DNA from: an uncultured Verrucomicrobiales bacterium
GTDB taxonomy: Bacteria > Verrucomicrobiota > Verrucomicrobiia > Verrucomicrobiales > DEV007
DNA: 21,016 nucleotides
Assembly: GCA_938091905.1 (NCBI GenBank)
Contig: CALKOM010000066.1
Coordinates: 1 to 21,016 of the forward strand
Direction: 5' to 3'
The first letter of the stretch is position 1. Each line of letters begins with the position of its first letter. Shown in pieces: positions 8,890 through 17,026 of this stretch. A model generated the notes under the pieces. It did not search any database, had not been told where the DNA came from, and saw only the letters and a list, made by a program, of their open reading frames with translations. The translations under genes and the position numbers were made by a program.

Positions 8890-10284
8890 ATGGATCTTCC
8901 TCACACACTCTCACGTCGTGACACTCTCAAGTCGATATCAAGTGGCTTTGGCTATCTAGCGTTCGCCGCGCTAGCCGACCAGCAAGCGCAAGCAGAAGCA
9001 GGCACGCGATTTGATCCATTAGCGCCCAAGGCGTCTCATTTCCCAGCTCGCGCCAAACGGGTCATCTTTCTATCTATGCGAGGCGCTCCGTCGCACGTGG
9101 ACACGTTTGACTACAAACCCGCGCTTACGAAAGACGACGGAAAGCAAGGCAAGACTGGGAGGCTCAGCAATCGCAAGCTCATGGGCTCACCTTGGTCGTT
9201 CTCTCAGCATGGAAAGGGAGGGCTTTGGATGTCAGAGCTGTTTCCTAATTTAGCGAAGCACGCAGATGAGCTTTGCATGTTGAAAGGAATGCACACCGAT
9301 GTGCCGAATCATCCACAGGCGCAGATTCAGATGCACACGGGTAGTTTTCAATTTGTAAGGCCATCGTTAGGTGCATGGACACTCTATGGTCTGGGAACTG
9401 AGAACGCCGATCTCCCTGGATTTGTCGCTCTCAATCCTCCATCTGGCAATGCTCAAGCCTTTGGAAGCAGCTTTCTACCAGCGGTCTACCAAGCTGCGCG
9501 CTTTGGCCGATCTTCGAGAGGACCTCGTCGTCGTAGTGTGTCGGCCATTCCTAACATTACGAATCCAGTGCTCGATCGCGAGCTGCAGCGAATGCAGCTC
9601 GACTTTGTCCAGGATTTGAATCGAAGGGAGCTCGAACGCAACAAGCATCAGCCGGAGATCGAGGGCATGATCGAGTCTTATGAACTCGCCTTCCGCATGC
9701 AGGATGAGCTGCCTGAGCTGATGAATATTCAGGATGAATCAGAAGAGACTCGCGAACTCTATGGGGTCAACGATACGGAAACGGACAGCTTTGGCCGTCA
9801 ATGCCTCTTGGCTCGGCGGCTGTCTGAAGCGGGCGTTCGCTTTGTTGAGCTAACCCATTCCAATTGGGACCATCATCGTAACCTGTCGACCGACCTTCCC
9901 GCTCGCTGCGGTGAGATTGATCAGCCTATCGCCGGGCTCTTGACCGATCTTAAACGGCGCGATCTTCTTAAAGACACACTAGTGGTATGGGCGGGCGAAT
10001 TTGGACGCACGCCACACAGTCAAGGTGGCGATGGTCGTGACCACAATAACAAGGGATATACCACGTGGATGGCTGGTGGCGGCGTGAAAGGTGGCTTTAG
10101 TTACGGCTCGACTGATGAGCACGGCTATGAAGCAGTGGCTGACAAGATGCATACTCACGATTGGCACGCGACCATCCTACATCTGCTTGGCATGGACCAC
10201 GAAAAGCTCACGTTTAGGCACGCTGGACGCGATTTTAGACTAACGGATGTGCATGGAGAGGTCGCTAAGGCGATTATTGCGTAG
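8890..10284 (+). CDS. DUF1501 domain protein, Tat-exported
   Basis: Tat motif SRRDTLK; AKRVIFLSM.GAPSHVDTFDYKP; RPSLGAW..YGLG.EN..LPGFV; FGRQCLLARRL.E.GVRFV; WDHH; GEFGRTP; GRDH; LGMDHEKLTF...GRDFRLTDVHG. Starts 17 nt after the DUF1553 gene, the usual pairing. Confidence 0.95.
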   Translation: MDLPHTLSRRDTLKSISSGFGYLAFAALADQQAQAEAGTRFDPLAPKASHFPARAKRVIFLSMRGAPSHVDTFDYKPALTKDDGKQGKTGRLSNRKLMGSPWSFSQHGKGGLWMSELFPNLAKHADELCMLKGMHTDVPNHPQAQIQMHTGSFQFVRPSLGAWTLYGLGTENADLPGFVALNPPSGNAQAFGSSFLPAVYQAARFGRSSRGPRRRSVSAIPNITNPVLDRELQRMQLDFVQDLNRRELERNKHQPEIEGMIESYELAFRMQDELPELMNIQDESEETRELYGVNDTETDSFGRQCLLARRLSEAGVRFVELTHSNWDHHRNLSTDLPARCGEIDQPIAGLLTDLKRRDLLKDTLVVWAGEFGRTPHSQGGDGRDHNNKGYTTWMAGGGVKGGFSYGSTDEHGYEAVADKMHTHDWHATILHLLGMDHEKLTFRHAGRDFRLTDVHGEVAKAIIA

Positions 10285-11242
10285 CTAGTTCAAAGAAGCT
10301 ATGGACCCGCTGCTCGTGGTATGGTGCCGTGCTGACGCCTGTAATAAAAGCCACATGACCGCCATGTTGCGTTCTCTCGGTATGTAAGAAAGGATGGTGC
10401 TCGGCCTCCTCTAGCAAGTGACAGCCCGGAGTGAGGAATGGGTCGTCCTCTGCATTTACGAGTAGAGTGGGAATCGCGATGTGCCTCGCCGTGGCATTGG
10501 CGCTACAGCTGGTCCAGTAGTCTTGGGCGGAGCTGAATCCGTGAACCGGCGCAGTAAATTGGCCATCGAAGTCATGAAAGTTCTTTGACGAGAGGATCGC
10601 TTCATAATCCATGGCACCGGGGAAGTGGTGTTGTCGGTGCTTCACCTTCCTGAACAGCAGCTTGAGAAAGCGGTTCATGTAGATGCGATTCTCCGGCCGC
10701 GCGAATCTCTCGGCGCAGGATTCGAGTTCACAGGGGACGGAGACACCGGCGCCTAACAGGATGCCTTGGCCGTGCACACGCTCGCCTTGTTCGCCGAGAT
10801 AGCGTAAGACGATGTTGCCTCCCAAACTAAAGCCCACCAGTGCAATCGGAACGTCGGGTTCCTGCCCGCGGACGTGACTAATGACCGCTTGAAGGTCTTC
10901 AGTCACGCCGCTGTGATAAGAACGTAGGAGGCGATTAGGTTCGCCGCTGCAGCCCCGGAGGTTCACGGCTACAATGTCCCAGGAATCCTCAAGGAGTACC
11001 TTCGCCATACTACGAATGTAGGGAGCCTGTGCGCAGGATTCAAGGCCATGCACGAGTATGGCAACACGCTCATGGCCGCGAAAAATGGTATCGAGATCCA
11101 GGAAATCACCGTCAGCCAGTTCGATGCGGACGCGTCCGTAGCGGGGGAGAGAGACCCTTCGAAAGAATCGTCCCGCCACCGTTTGGGCATGACCGTTTTT
11201 TAGCCACCAAGGTGGCGTGTAGTTCGGCTCACGGACGGGCAC
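10274..11242 (-). CDS. yheT: YheT-family alpha/beta hydrolase (esterase)
   Basis: NGHAQT, DGDFLDLD, HGLE, RGCSGEPN...YHSG..EDL, nucleophile GFSLGG, FD..FTAP.HGF, NAEDDPF, GGHVAF. GTG start 3 nt after the symporter stop. Confidence 0.9.
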   Translation of the reverse strand: MPVREPNYTPPWWLKNGHAQTVAGRFFRRVSLPRYGRVRIELADGDFLDLDTIFRGHERVAILVHGLESCAQAPYIRSMAKVLLEDSWDIVAVNLRGCSGEPNRLLRSYHSGVTEDLQAVISHVRGQEPDVPIALVGFSLGGNIVLRYLGEQGERVHGQGILLGAGVSVPCELESCAERFARPENRIYMNRFLKLLFRKVKHRQHHFPGAMDYEAILSSKNFHDFDGQFTAPVHGFSSAQDYWTSCSANATARHIAIPTLLVNAEDDPFLTPGCHLLEEAEHHPFLHTERTQHGGHVAFITGVSTAPYHEQRVHSFFELATQ

Positions 11243-11245
11243 GTG

Positions 11246-13036
11246 TTAGGCTGTCTCCTCGGGCACGCGAATGTTCTCCACCATGGCCTGCACTTCTGCT
11301 GGTGGTGCCGGCGTGAAGCGCGACACGATCCATGCCGTGATGAAATTGAAGAGCATGCCAAGGGTGCCGATGCCTTCTGGAGAGATGCCAAACCACCAAG
11401 AGTCTTTGTTGTTCGCCGCAGGGTTGATGAACTTGAAGTAGACAATGTAGCTCGTGGTGAAAAGAATTCCGACGAGCATTCCCGTGATGGCTCCTTCGCG
11501 ATTCATCCGCTTAGAGAAGATTCCAAGAATAATGGCAGGGAAGAACGAAGACGCTGCAAGTCCGAACGCGAAGGCCACGACCTGAGCAACCCAGCCAGGA
11601 GGAAAGATTCCTAACAAGCCGGCAATGATGACTGCGCCGAAGGCAGCAATACGGGCAGCGAACAGCTCACCTTTCTCGGAGATGTCGGGTTTAATCGTCC
11701 GCTTGAAGAGATCGTGAGCGACGGCTGTTGAAATCACTAACAACAGCCCGGCTGCTGTTGATAAGGCGGCGGCAAGACCTCCTGCAGCGACAAGACCGAC
11801 GACCCAGTTAGGAAGGTTGGCGATTTCGGGATTGGCGAGCACCATGATGTCGCGGTCCACATAGAGTTCGTTGGTGCCTTCGACGGCCTCATTCGAAATC
11901 AATCGCTGACCGTGCGTGCCTGTGACCGGCTTACCAGCGGCATCTTCTTGAAACGTTGGCTTTCCTTTGAAGGCATCGCCCTTGGTATACTGCACGATGC
12001 CGTCATTGTTCTTATCGTTCCAAGCGATCAAGCCAGAGTCCTCCCAGGTCTTGAACCACTGCGGAATCTCTGCGTATGGCTTCTTGCTGACAGACGTTAT
12101 CATGTTTGTCCGAGCAAACGCAGCGACCGCCGGTGCTGCCGTGTATAGGATGGCAATGAAGAGGAGCGCCCAGAAGGCGGACATGCGAGCGTCTTTCACT
12201 TTCTTCACCGTGTAAAAACGGATAATCACATGGGGAAGTCCCGCTGTGCCCACCATGAGCGCCATCGTGATGAAGAAGACGTCTTGCATACTCTTTGTAC
12301 CGGAGGTGTAAGCGGCAAATCCGAGTTCGGTGCTCAGGCCATCGAGTTTGTCTAACAAGAACTCACCGCCTGAATCCTTCAGTGCTGCTCCCATGCCCAA
12401 CTGCGGGATAGGGTTATTTGTGAGCATGATCGAGATGAAGATCGCCGGCACCATGAAGGCGAAGATGAGCACGCAGTATTGAGCAACCTGCGTGTAGGTA
12501 ATCCCCTTCATCCCTCCGAGTACCGCGTAGAAGAACACGATGGCCATTCCGATGATCACCCCGATATTGACATCCACTTCCAAGAAGCGCGAGAAGACGA
12601 CACCAACTCCACGCATCTGCCCAGCGACGTAGGTGAACGACACGAACAGGGCGCAGGCAATCGCAACCAAACGTGCGGTGCGTGAGTAATACCGATCACC
12701 GACAAAGTCCGGCACGGTGAACTGACCAAACTTGCGAAGATAGGGCGCTAGCAGAAGTGCCAAGAGCACGTAGCCGCCGGTCCATCCCATGAGATAGACA
12801 GAGCCATCCCGCCCTTGGAAGGAAATGATCCCGGCCATGGAAATGAAGGATGCAGCGGACATCCAATCCGCTGCAGTTGCCATTCCATTGGCGATAGGGT
12901 GAACGCCACCACCGGCGACGTAGAACTCACTCCGCTTCGAAGTCCGCGTGTAAATCGCGATGCCGATGTAGAGTGCGAAGGACAACCCGACGATGGCGAG
13001 CGTCCACGTTTGAATAGCTGACATTGCTAAGAACAT
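11246..13036 (-). CDS. actP: sodium:solute symporter, cation/acetate permease ActP-like
   Basis: FYVAGGG...NGMATAADWMSAASF, GWTGGY, LRKFG.FTVPDF, GGMKGITYTQVAQY, GTAGLPHVIIRFYTV, GGLAAALSTAAGLLL. Alternative start at 13024. Confidence 0.9.
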   Translation of the reverse strand: MFLAMSAIQTWTLAIVGLSFALYIGIAIYTRTSKRSEFYVAGGGVHPIANGMATAADWMSAASFISMAGIISFQGRDGSVYLMGWTGGYVLLALLLAPYLRKFGQFTVPDFVGDRYYSRTARLVAIACALFVSFTYVAGQMRGVGVVFSRFLEVDVNIGVIIGMAIVFFYAVLGGMKGITYTQVAQYCVLIFAFMVPAIFISIMLTNNPIPQLGMGAALKDSGGEFLLDKLDGLSTELGFAAYTSGTKSMQDVFFITMALMVGTAGLPHVIIRFYTVKKVKDARMSAFWALLFIAILYTAAPAVAAFARTNMITSVSKKPYAEIPQWFKTWEDSGLIAWNDKNNDGIVQYTKGDAFKGKPTFQEDAAGKPVTGTHGQRLISNEAVEGTNELYVDRDIMVLANPEIANLPNWVVGLVAAGGLAAALSTAAGLLLVISTAVAHDLFKRTIKPDISEKGELFAARIAAFGAVIIAGLLGIFPPGWVAQVVAFAFGLAASSFFPAIILGIFSKRMNREGAITGMLVGILFTTSYIVYFKFINPAANNKDSWWFGISPEGIGTLGMLFNFITAWIVSRFTPAPPAEVQAMVENIRVPEETA

Positions 13037-13045
13037 AGTCGTTGC

Positions 13046-13327
13046 TTAGTTAGAAGAGTTTTCCTGACGAAAGCTCGCGTCGAGCTTGTTCATGTAGCGC
13101 ACGTAGACAGCGATAAGGACGACAAACACGTAGATGCTACCTTGCTGAGCGAACCAGAACCCCAGTTTGAAGCCCGTTCCAGGGATGCGGATCTTGTCCA
13201 GCTGATCGACAAAGAGGATCCCGGCTCCAAAGCTGACGATGAACCAGATGGCGAGCAGCAGGCCCAGGCAGGTGAGGTTCTTGCGCCAGTAGAGGCGGTG
13301 ACGTTCAGATTTGGAGGAATCGCTCAT
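13046..13327 (-). CDS. DUF4212 / putative solute:sodium symporter small subunit
   Basis: YWRKNL...LLAIWFIVSFG...GFKLGFWFAQQGSIYVFVVLI..Y...MNKLD; ends 9 nt before the symporter. ATG 13327 preferred over the track's 13351 start. Confidence 0.9.
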   Translation of the reverse strand: MSDSSKSERHRLYWRKNLTCLGLLLAIWFIVSFGAGILFVDQLDKIRIPGTGFKLGFWFAQQGSIYVFVVLIAVYVRYMNKLDASFRQENSSN

Positions 13328-13328
13328 G

Positions 13329-13354
13329 AGGTGACGGTTACAAGCCGTCAACCT
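13329..13354. promoter_or_regulatory. inverted repeat abutting the DUF4212 start codon
   Basis: TGACGG-N7-CCGTCA (13332-13350), extendable by AGG/CCT with one bulge; ends 1 nt from the ATG. Confidence 0.45.
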
Positions 13355-13821
13355 AGGACCACCGGGAACTTTCTGGGAAGAACAATTTGTCTCTTTTGTT
13401 GCCGCTGCAGCTAAAGATTGTGTCCTTCGAGGGGTCGAAATGATTAGGACCGAACCCAGGCATCTCTAGTCAGAATAGATTGATCAACGGAAATGGCATC
13501 GTTGCGGAACCATAAGGCGCATAACGTCGATATCTGGGGACTCGACCGGAATCGACTGTGCTGTGACATCACCACGCGAGATGGTGGCTGGAAATGGCAC
13601 TTTCGCCGGGGCTAAGTTGGATGGAATCTGAAAAACAGAACATTTGGGGCCATCGAAGGAACTGCCGGTATCTATAAAGAACGGATGAGATGAAGGACCC
13701 GTTAGACACAATACATCTCATACCGTTGGATTCAGAGGTGATTCAGGGATACCTGATCGTGAGTAGTGCCTGCGGATAGGCATGCCGGGCGGGCAAAGCA
13801 ATAATTCTCAAACGTTGGCGG

Positions 13822-13850
13822 TTGATCATTTCTGGCAGTTTTCCCACTAT
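13822..13850 (+). promoter_or_regulatory. putative leaderless promoter of the oxidoreductase operon
   Basis: TTGATC-N17-CACTAT-N6-ATG (13857); no Shine-Dalgarno. Confidence 0.5.
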
Positions 13851-13856
13851 TGGCGC

Positions 13857-15113
13857 ATGAACCTTGATTCTGAATCATCGCTTGTTCCCTCCCGCCGGAG
13901 CTTTCTTCGCACGCTTGGAGCAGGAATAGGCGCCGCACCCATGATCCTGCCTTCACGTGTATTTGGTGCCAACGGGCGTATCACGATGGGAGCCATAGGG
14001 ATGGGCAACCGTGGAAGGAACGATCTCAAGGGCTTTTTAAAGTTCGCCGATGTGCAAGTGCTATCAGTTTGTGATGTCGTGGCCAAACATGCGGCCGAAG
14101 CCAAGCGGCTAGTCGACGCTCGGCACGGTAATAACGACTGCTCGGTCACTGCGGAGTATCGGGACATACTCACACGGGATGATATCGACACGGTGATGAT
14201 TGGTACTCCGGACCACTGGCATGCGATCATTTCAACTGAAGCGATGCGAGCTGGGAAAGACGTCTTTTGTGAGAAGCCTGAGACCCTCACGGTGCAAGAA
14301 GGTCGTGCCATGGCCGACGTCGTGAAGCGTTATGGGCGGGTCTTCTCTGGTGGGAGCCAACGCGTCTGGGGAGACTACAACTGGTTCCATCGAATGATCA
14401 AAGGTGGGGCCATTGGTGATGTAGAAGAAGTTTGGGTGAATGTGGGCGGCCCTTCGGGTCTGTGCGACTTGCCTGCTGTTCCTGTTCCGGAGGAGGTGGA
14501 TTGGAAACGTTGGTTAGGTCCAGCTCCTTGGCGTGCTTACCATCCAAGTTTAATCAGAGGGGGATTCCGGCCGTTTCGCGATTACTCAGGAGGTGGCATG
14601 ACGGATTGGGGATGTCATGGGTTTGGTGGCGCTCTCTTCGCGTGCGGTCTACAGGAGACGGGACCGACCAAGATCTCTCTTCGCCGCGATGCTCCGAACG
14701 GTGAGGGGCTTACCTATACCTTTGAAAACGGCATTCGAATCCACCATGGTGGAGGATGGGGAGGGATTCTGTCCTTTAAAGGAACGGAAGGAGAACTTCC
14801 ATTCCGTGGCGACACGCGCCGCCGTCCGGCTCCACCGAATGTTCACATTCCAAACTACCAGGGCGGCCGTGGGTTCCAGGGAGACTTCATTCACTGTGTG
14901 CGGACTCGCGATACGCCTTTCCGAAGCATCGAGCGCGCCCACCGGACGGCGTCTCATTGCCATCTCGGGAACATCGCTTACTGGCTAGATCGGTCACTCC
15001 AGTGGGATCCTGACAAAGAACGTATTCTTGGTGATGAAGAAGCCTCTCGTTGGCTTCAACGACCGATGCGGGAACCGTGGAGCCTCAACGCCAACACCCT
15101 TGCATCGTCATGA
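13857..15113 (+). CDS. Gfo/Idh/MocA family NAD(P)-dependent oxidoreductase, Tat-exported
   Basis: Tat motif SRRSFLR; GMGNRG Rossmann loop; TPDHWH; CEKP; GSQR; WLGPAP; DYSGG.MTDWGCH; CHLGNIA; R..REPW. ATG 13857 places the RR near the N-terminus (track start 13782). Confidence 0.93.
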   Translation: MNLDSESSLVPSRRSFLRTLGAGIGAAPMILPSRVFGANGRITMGAIGMGNRGRNDLKGFLKFADVQVLSVCDVVAKHAAEAKRLVDARHGNNDCSVTAEYRDILTRDDIDTVMIGTPDHWHAIISTEAMRAGKDVFCEKPETLTVQEGRAMADVVKRYGRVFSGGSQRVWGDYNWFHRMIKGGAIGDVEEVWVNVGGPSGLCDLPAVPVPEEVDWKRWLGPAPWRAYHPSLIRGGFRPFRDYSGGGMTDWGCHGFGGALFACGLQETGPTKISLRRDAPNGEGLTYTFENGIRIHHGGGWGGILSFKGTEGELPFRGDTRRRPAPPNVHIPNYQGGRGFQGDFIHCVRTRDTPFRSIERAHRTASHCHLGNIAYWLDRSLQWDPDKERILGDEEASRWLQRPMREPWSLNANTLASS

Positions 15114-17026
15114 GAGCTCTTGCTATCACACTCGCATTGATGGTTGCTGTTCACGCCGCACCTGAGGATCCCAAGGCGTTGGAAGCTGCTGTTGTCGCTG
15201 CGGCCAACGGGTCTACGGGTGAACAACGCGCAATGGAAGGTCAGCTGCTTGAACAGCTACATCAGGCATCCACTCGCGACGAGAAATCTCTTCTTTGTAG
15301 ACTTCTTCGAAGGGTAGGGAGTTCTCGTAGTGTGTCATCACTAGCGGCGATGTTAGGTAATGAAGAGGACAGTCACATGGCACGCTTTGCGCTGGCCAGT
15401 ATCCCAGGAGATCAGGCAACGAAAGCCATGCGTGAATCCTTGGGCAACGTCCCTGAGACGGTGCAAGCCGGACTGATGGCGAGTCTCGCCGAGCGTGGTG
15501 ACGAGGAATCGCTACCATTGTTTGTCGAGCGCCTGCCTTCGGAAGCAGCTATTCAGGCGCTTGGTGTGCTTGGAACCAAGGAGGCTGCGAGAGAATTGGA
15601 ATCCCTAAGAAACACTGCGAATGGCATTGGTGAGTCTGTGGTGGTTGACGATGCCCTGCTCAAGTGTGCCGAACGTTTGTATGCAAAGGGCAGACGTGCT
15701 GACGCCCGGCGACTTTACGTCGGCGCGATGGGCACAGACAACGTGATCGCCGCAATTCAGGGGCTCGCGGAAATCAACGACCTTCACGCGAAGGCCCAGG
15801 TTGAGAAGGCACTGGTACATCCAGATGAGGAGGTTCAGTTTACCGCCCTTCGCGCGATGATACGCATGTTAGGAGATGATGCGGGTTCAACGATGTTGGA
15901 ATACCTTCCAACCGCGCCACTCGCCCAACAAGCAGTGATCGTCGATTGGTTAGGCGCTACTGGTAACGGCGCTGCCCGAGGGGCTCTTTCCAGTTTGGCT
16001 ATATCGGGTCACGCAACACTCAGGCAGCGTGCCATTCTCGCGCTTGGATCGGTCGGTGATGCTTCTACTGTGGCTGTGCTCTTGCGGCTCTTGAAAAGTG
16101 ATAATGACGATCTCAGCCGTTTGGCTGAAACGAGCTTGATTCGATTGCAAAGTGACGACGTTCGCGATGCACTAATTGCGGAGTTTCGGGAGAATCCGAG
16201 TAGTTCTTTGATTAGTCTGCTTGCGGCCCGGCGTGAGCGGGCAGCGTTGCCTGAACTCCTGGCGGTCTGTCGAGGCGAAGAGCGCAATCTTCGTGGTGCC
16301 GCATTGAAAGCTGCAGGTAGTTTGGCTTCTAGCAAAGAGTTGCCAGCATTCGTTGCCATGCTCAGCGATTCAGAAATGAAGCGCGAGAGCAAAGAGATTG
16401 AGTCTGCAATTGTCAGAACGTTTCGCGAAATACCTAACGCTGAGGACCGTGCGGCGCCACTTCTTTCAGCATTCGAAGAGGCGACTTTGCCCACCAAGGT
16501 CGTGATTGTGAACCTGCTAGGCCGCACAGGTGCTGCAAATGCCTTGCCGTTTGTGCGAGAAGCGCTGACAAGCGACGAGTCTTCGTTGGCTAATGCTGCC
16601 GTGCACACGCTCGCTCGTTGGACAACGGCAGAGCCTATCAACAATCTCTATCAAATCGCGGCGTCTTCAAAAAATGACGGCCACCGTGTCGTCGCCCTGC
16701 GTGGCTATGTGAATATGGCTAAGGGCTTGAAAGATGCGGCTGCCCGCTATGAGAAGGCGGCGGCCTTGGCTAAGACCCCTGACGACAAACGATTGATACT
16801 CTCAGGATTGGGACGAACGAATTCACTAGAGGCCCTGAAGCTCTGTCAGGGGTTGCTGAAAGAACCAGAGGTTGGAGCGGAAGCCGCGTTAGCCTGTATT
16901 CAAATTGCCCGTCGCGTCTGGAGAAAGTCGCCCGATTCCACCAAGGCCCTGGTCACATCTTTCTTGCAGCATGAGGATGAGATCGTTCGTGAGAACGCCA
17001 AGGCTGCATTGGGGAGGATGGATTAA
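15110..17026 (+). CDS. exported HEAT-repeat (PBS lyase-like) protein
   Basis: ATG 15110 overlaps the upstream TGA (ATGA); Sec signal MRALAITLALMVAVHA; repeated A..ALG..G...A...L...L units throughout; no catalytic domain recognised. Confidence 0.85.
   Translation: MRALAITLALMVAVHAAPEDPKALEAAVVAAANGSTGEQRAMEGQLLEQLHQASTRDEKSLLCRLLRRVGSSRSVSSLAAMLGNEEDSHMARFALASIPGDQATKAMRESLGNVPETVQAGLMASLAERGDEESLPLFVERLPSEAAIQALGVLGTKEAARELESLRNTANGIGESVVVDDALLKCAERLYAKGRRADARRLYVGAMGTDNVIAAIQGLAEINDLHAKAQVEKALVHPDEEVQFTALRAMIRMLGDDAGSTMLEYLPTAPLAQQAVIVDWLGATGNGAARGALSSLAISGHATLRQRAILALGSVGDASTVAVLLRLLKSDNDDLSRLAETSLIRLQSDDVRDALIAEFRENPSSSLISLLAARRERAALPELLAVCRGEERNLRGAALKAAGSLASSKELPAFVAMLSDSEMKRESKEIESAIVRTFREIPNAEDRAAPLLSAFEEATLPTKVVIVNLLGRTGAANALPFVREALTSDESSLANAAVHTLARWTTAEPINNLYQIAASSKNDGHRVVALRGYVNMAKGLKDAAARYEKAAALAKTPDDKRLILSGLGRTNSLEALKLCQGLLKEPEVGAEAALACIQIARRVWRKSPDSTKALVTSFLQHEDEIVRENAKAALGRMD

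Noticed and set aside
11985..12020. DKNNDG calcium-binding-like loop in the symporter
   Set aside because: As far as I recall this is a normal feature of this symporter subfamily, not a novelty.
13645..13782. TPP-riboswitch-like fragments (GGGG, TGAGA, ACCCG, ACCTGATC...TGCCTGCG..AGG)
   Set aside because: About 50 extra nt separate ACCC from ACCTGAT, P5 pairs poorly, and no thiamine gene follows. An Infernal RF00059 search would settle it.
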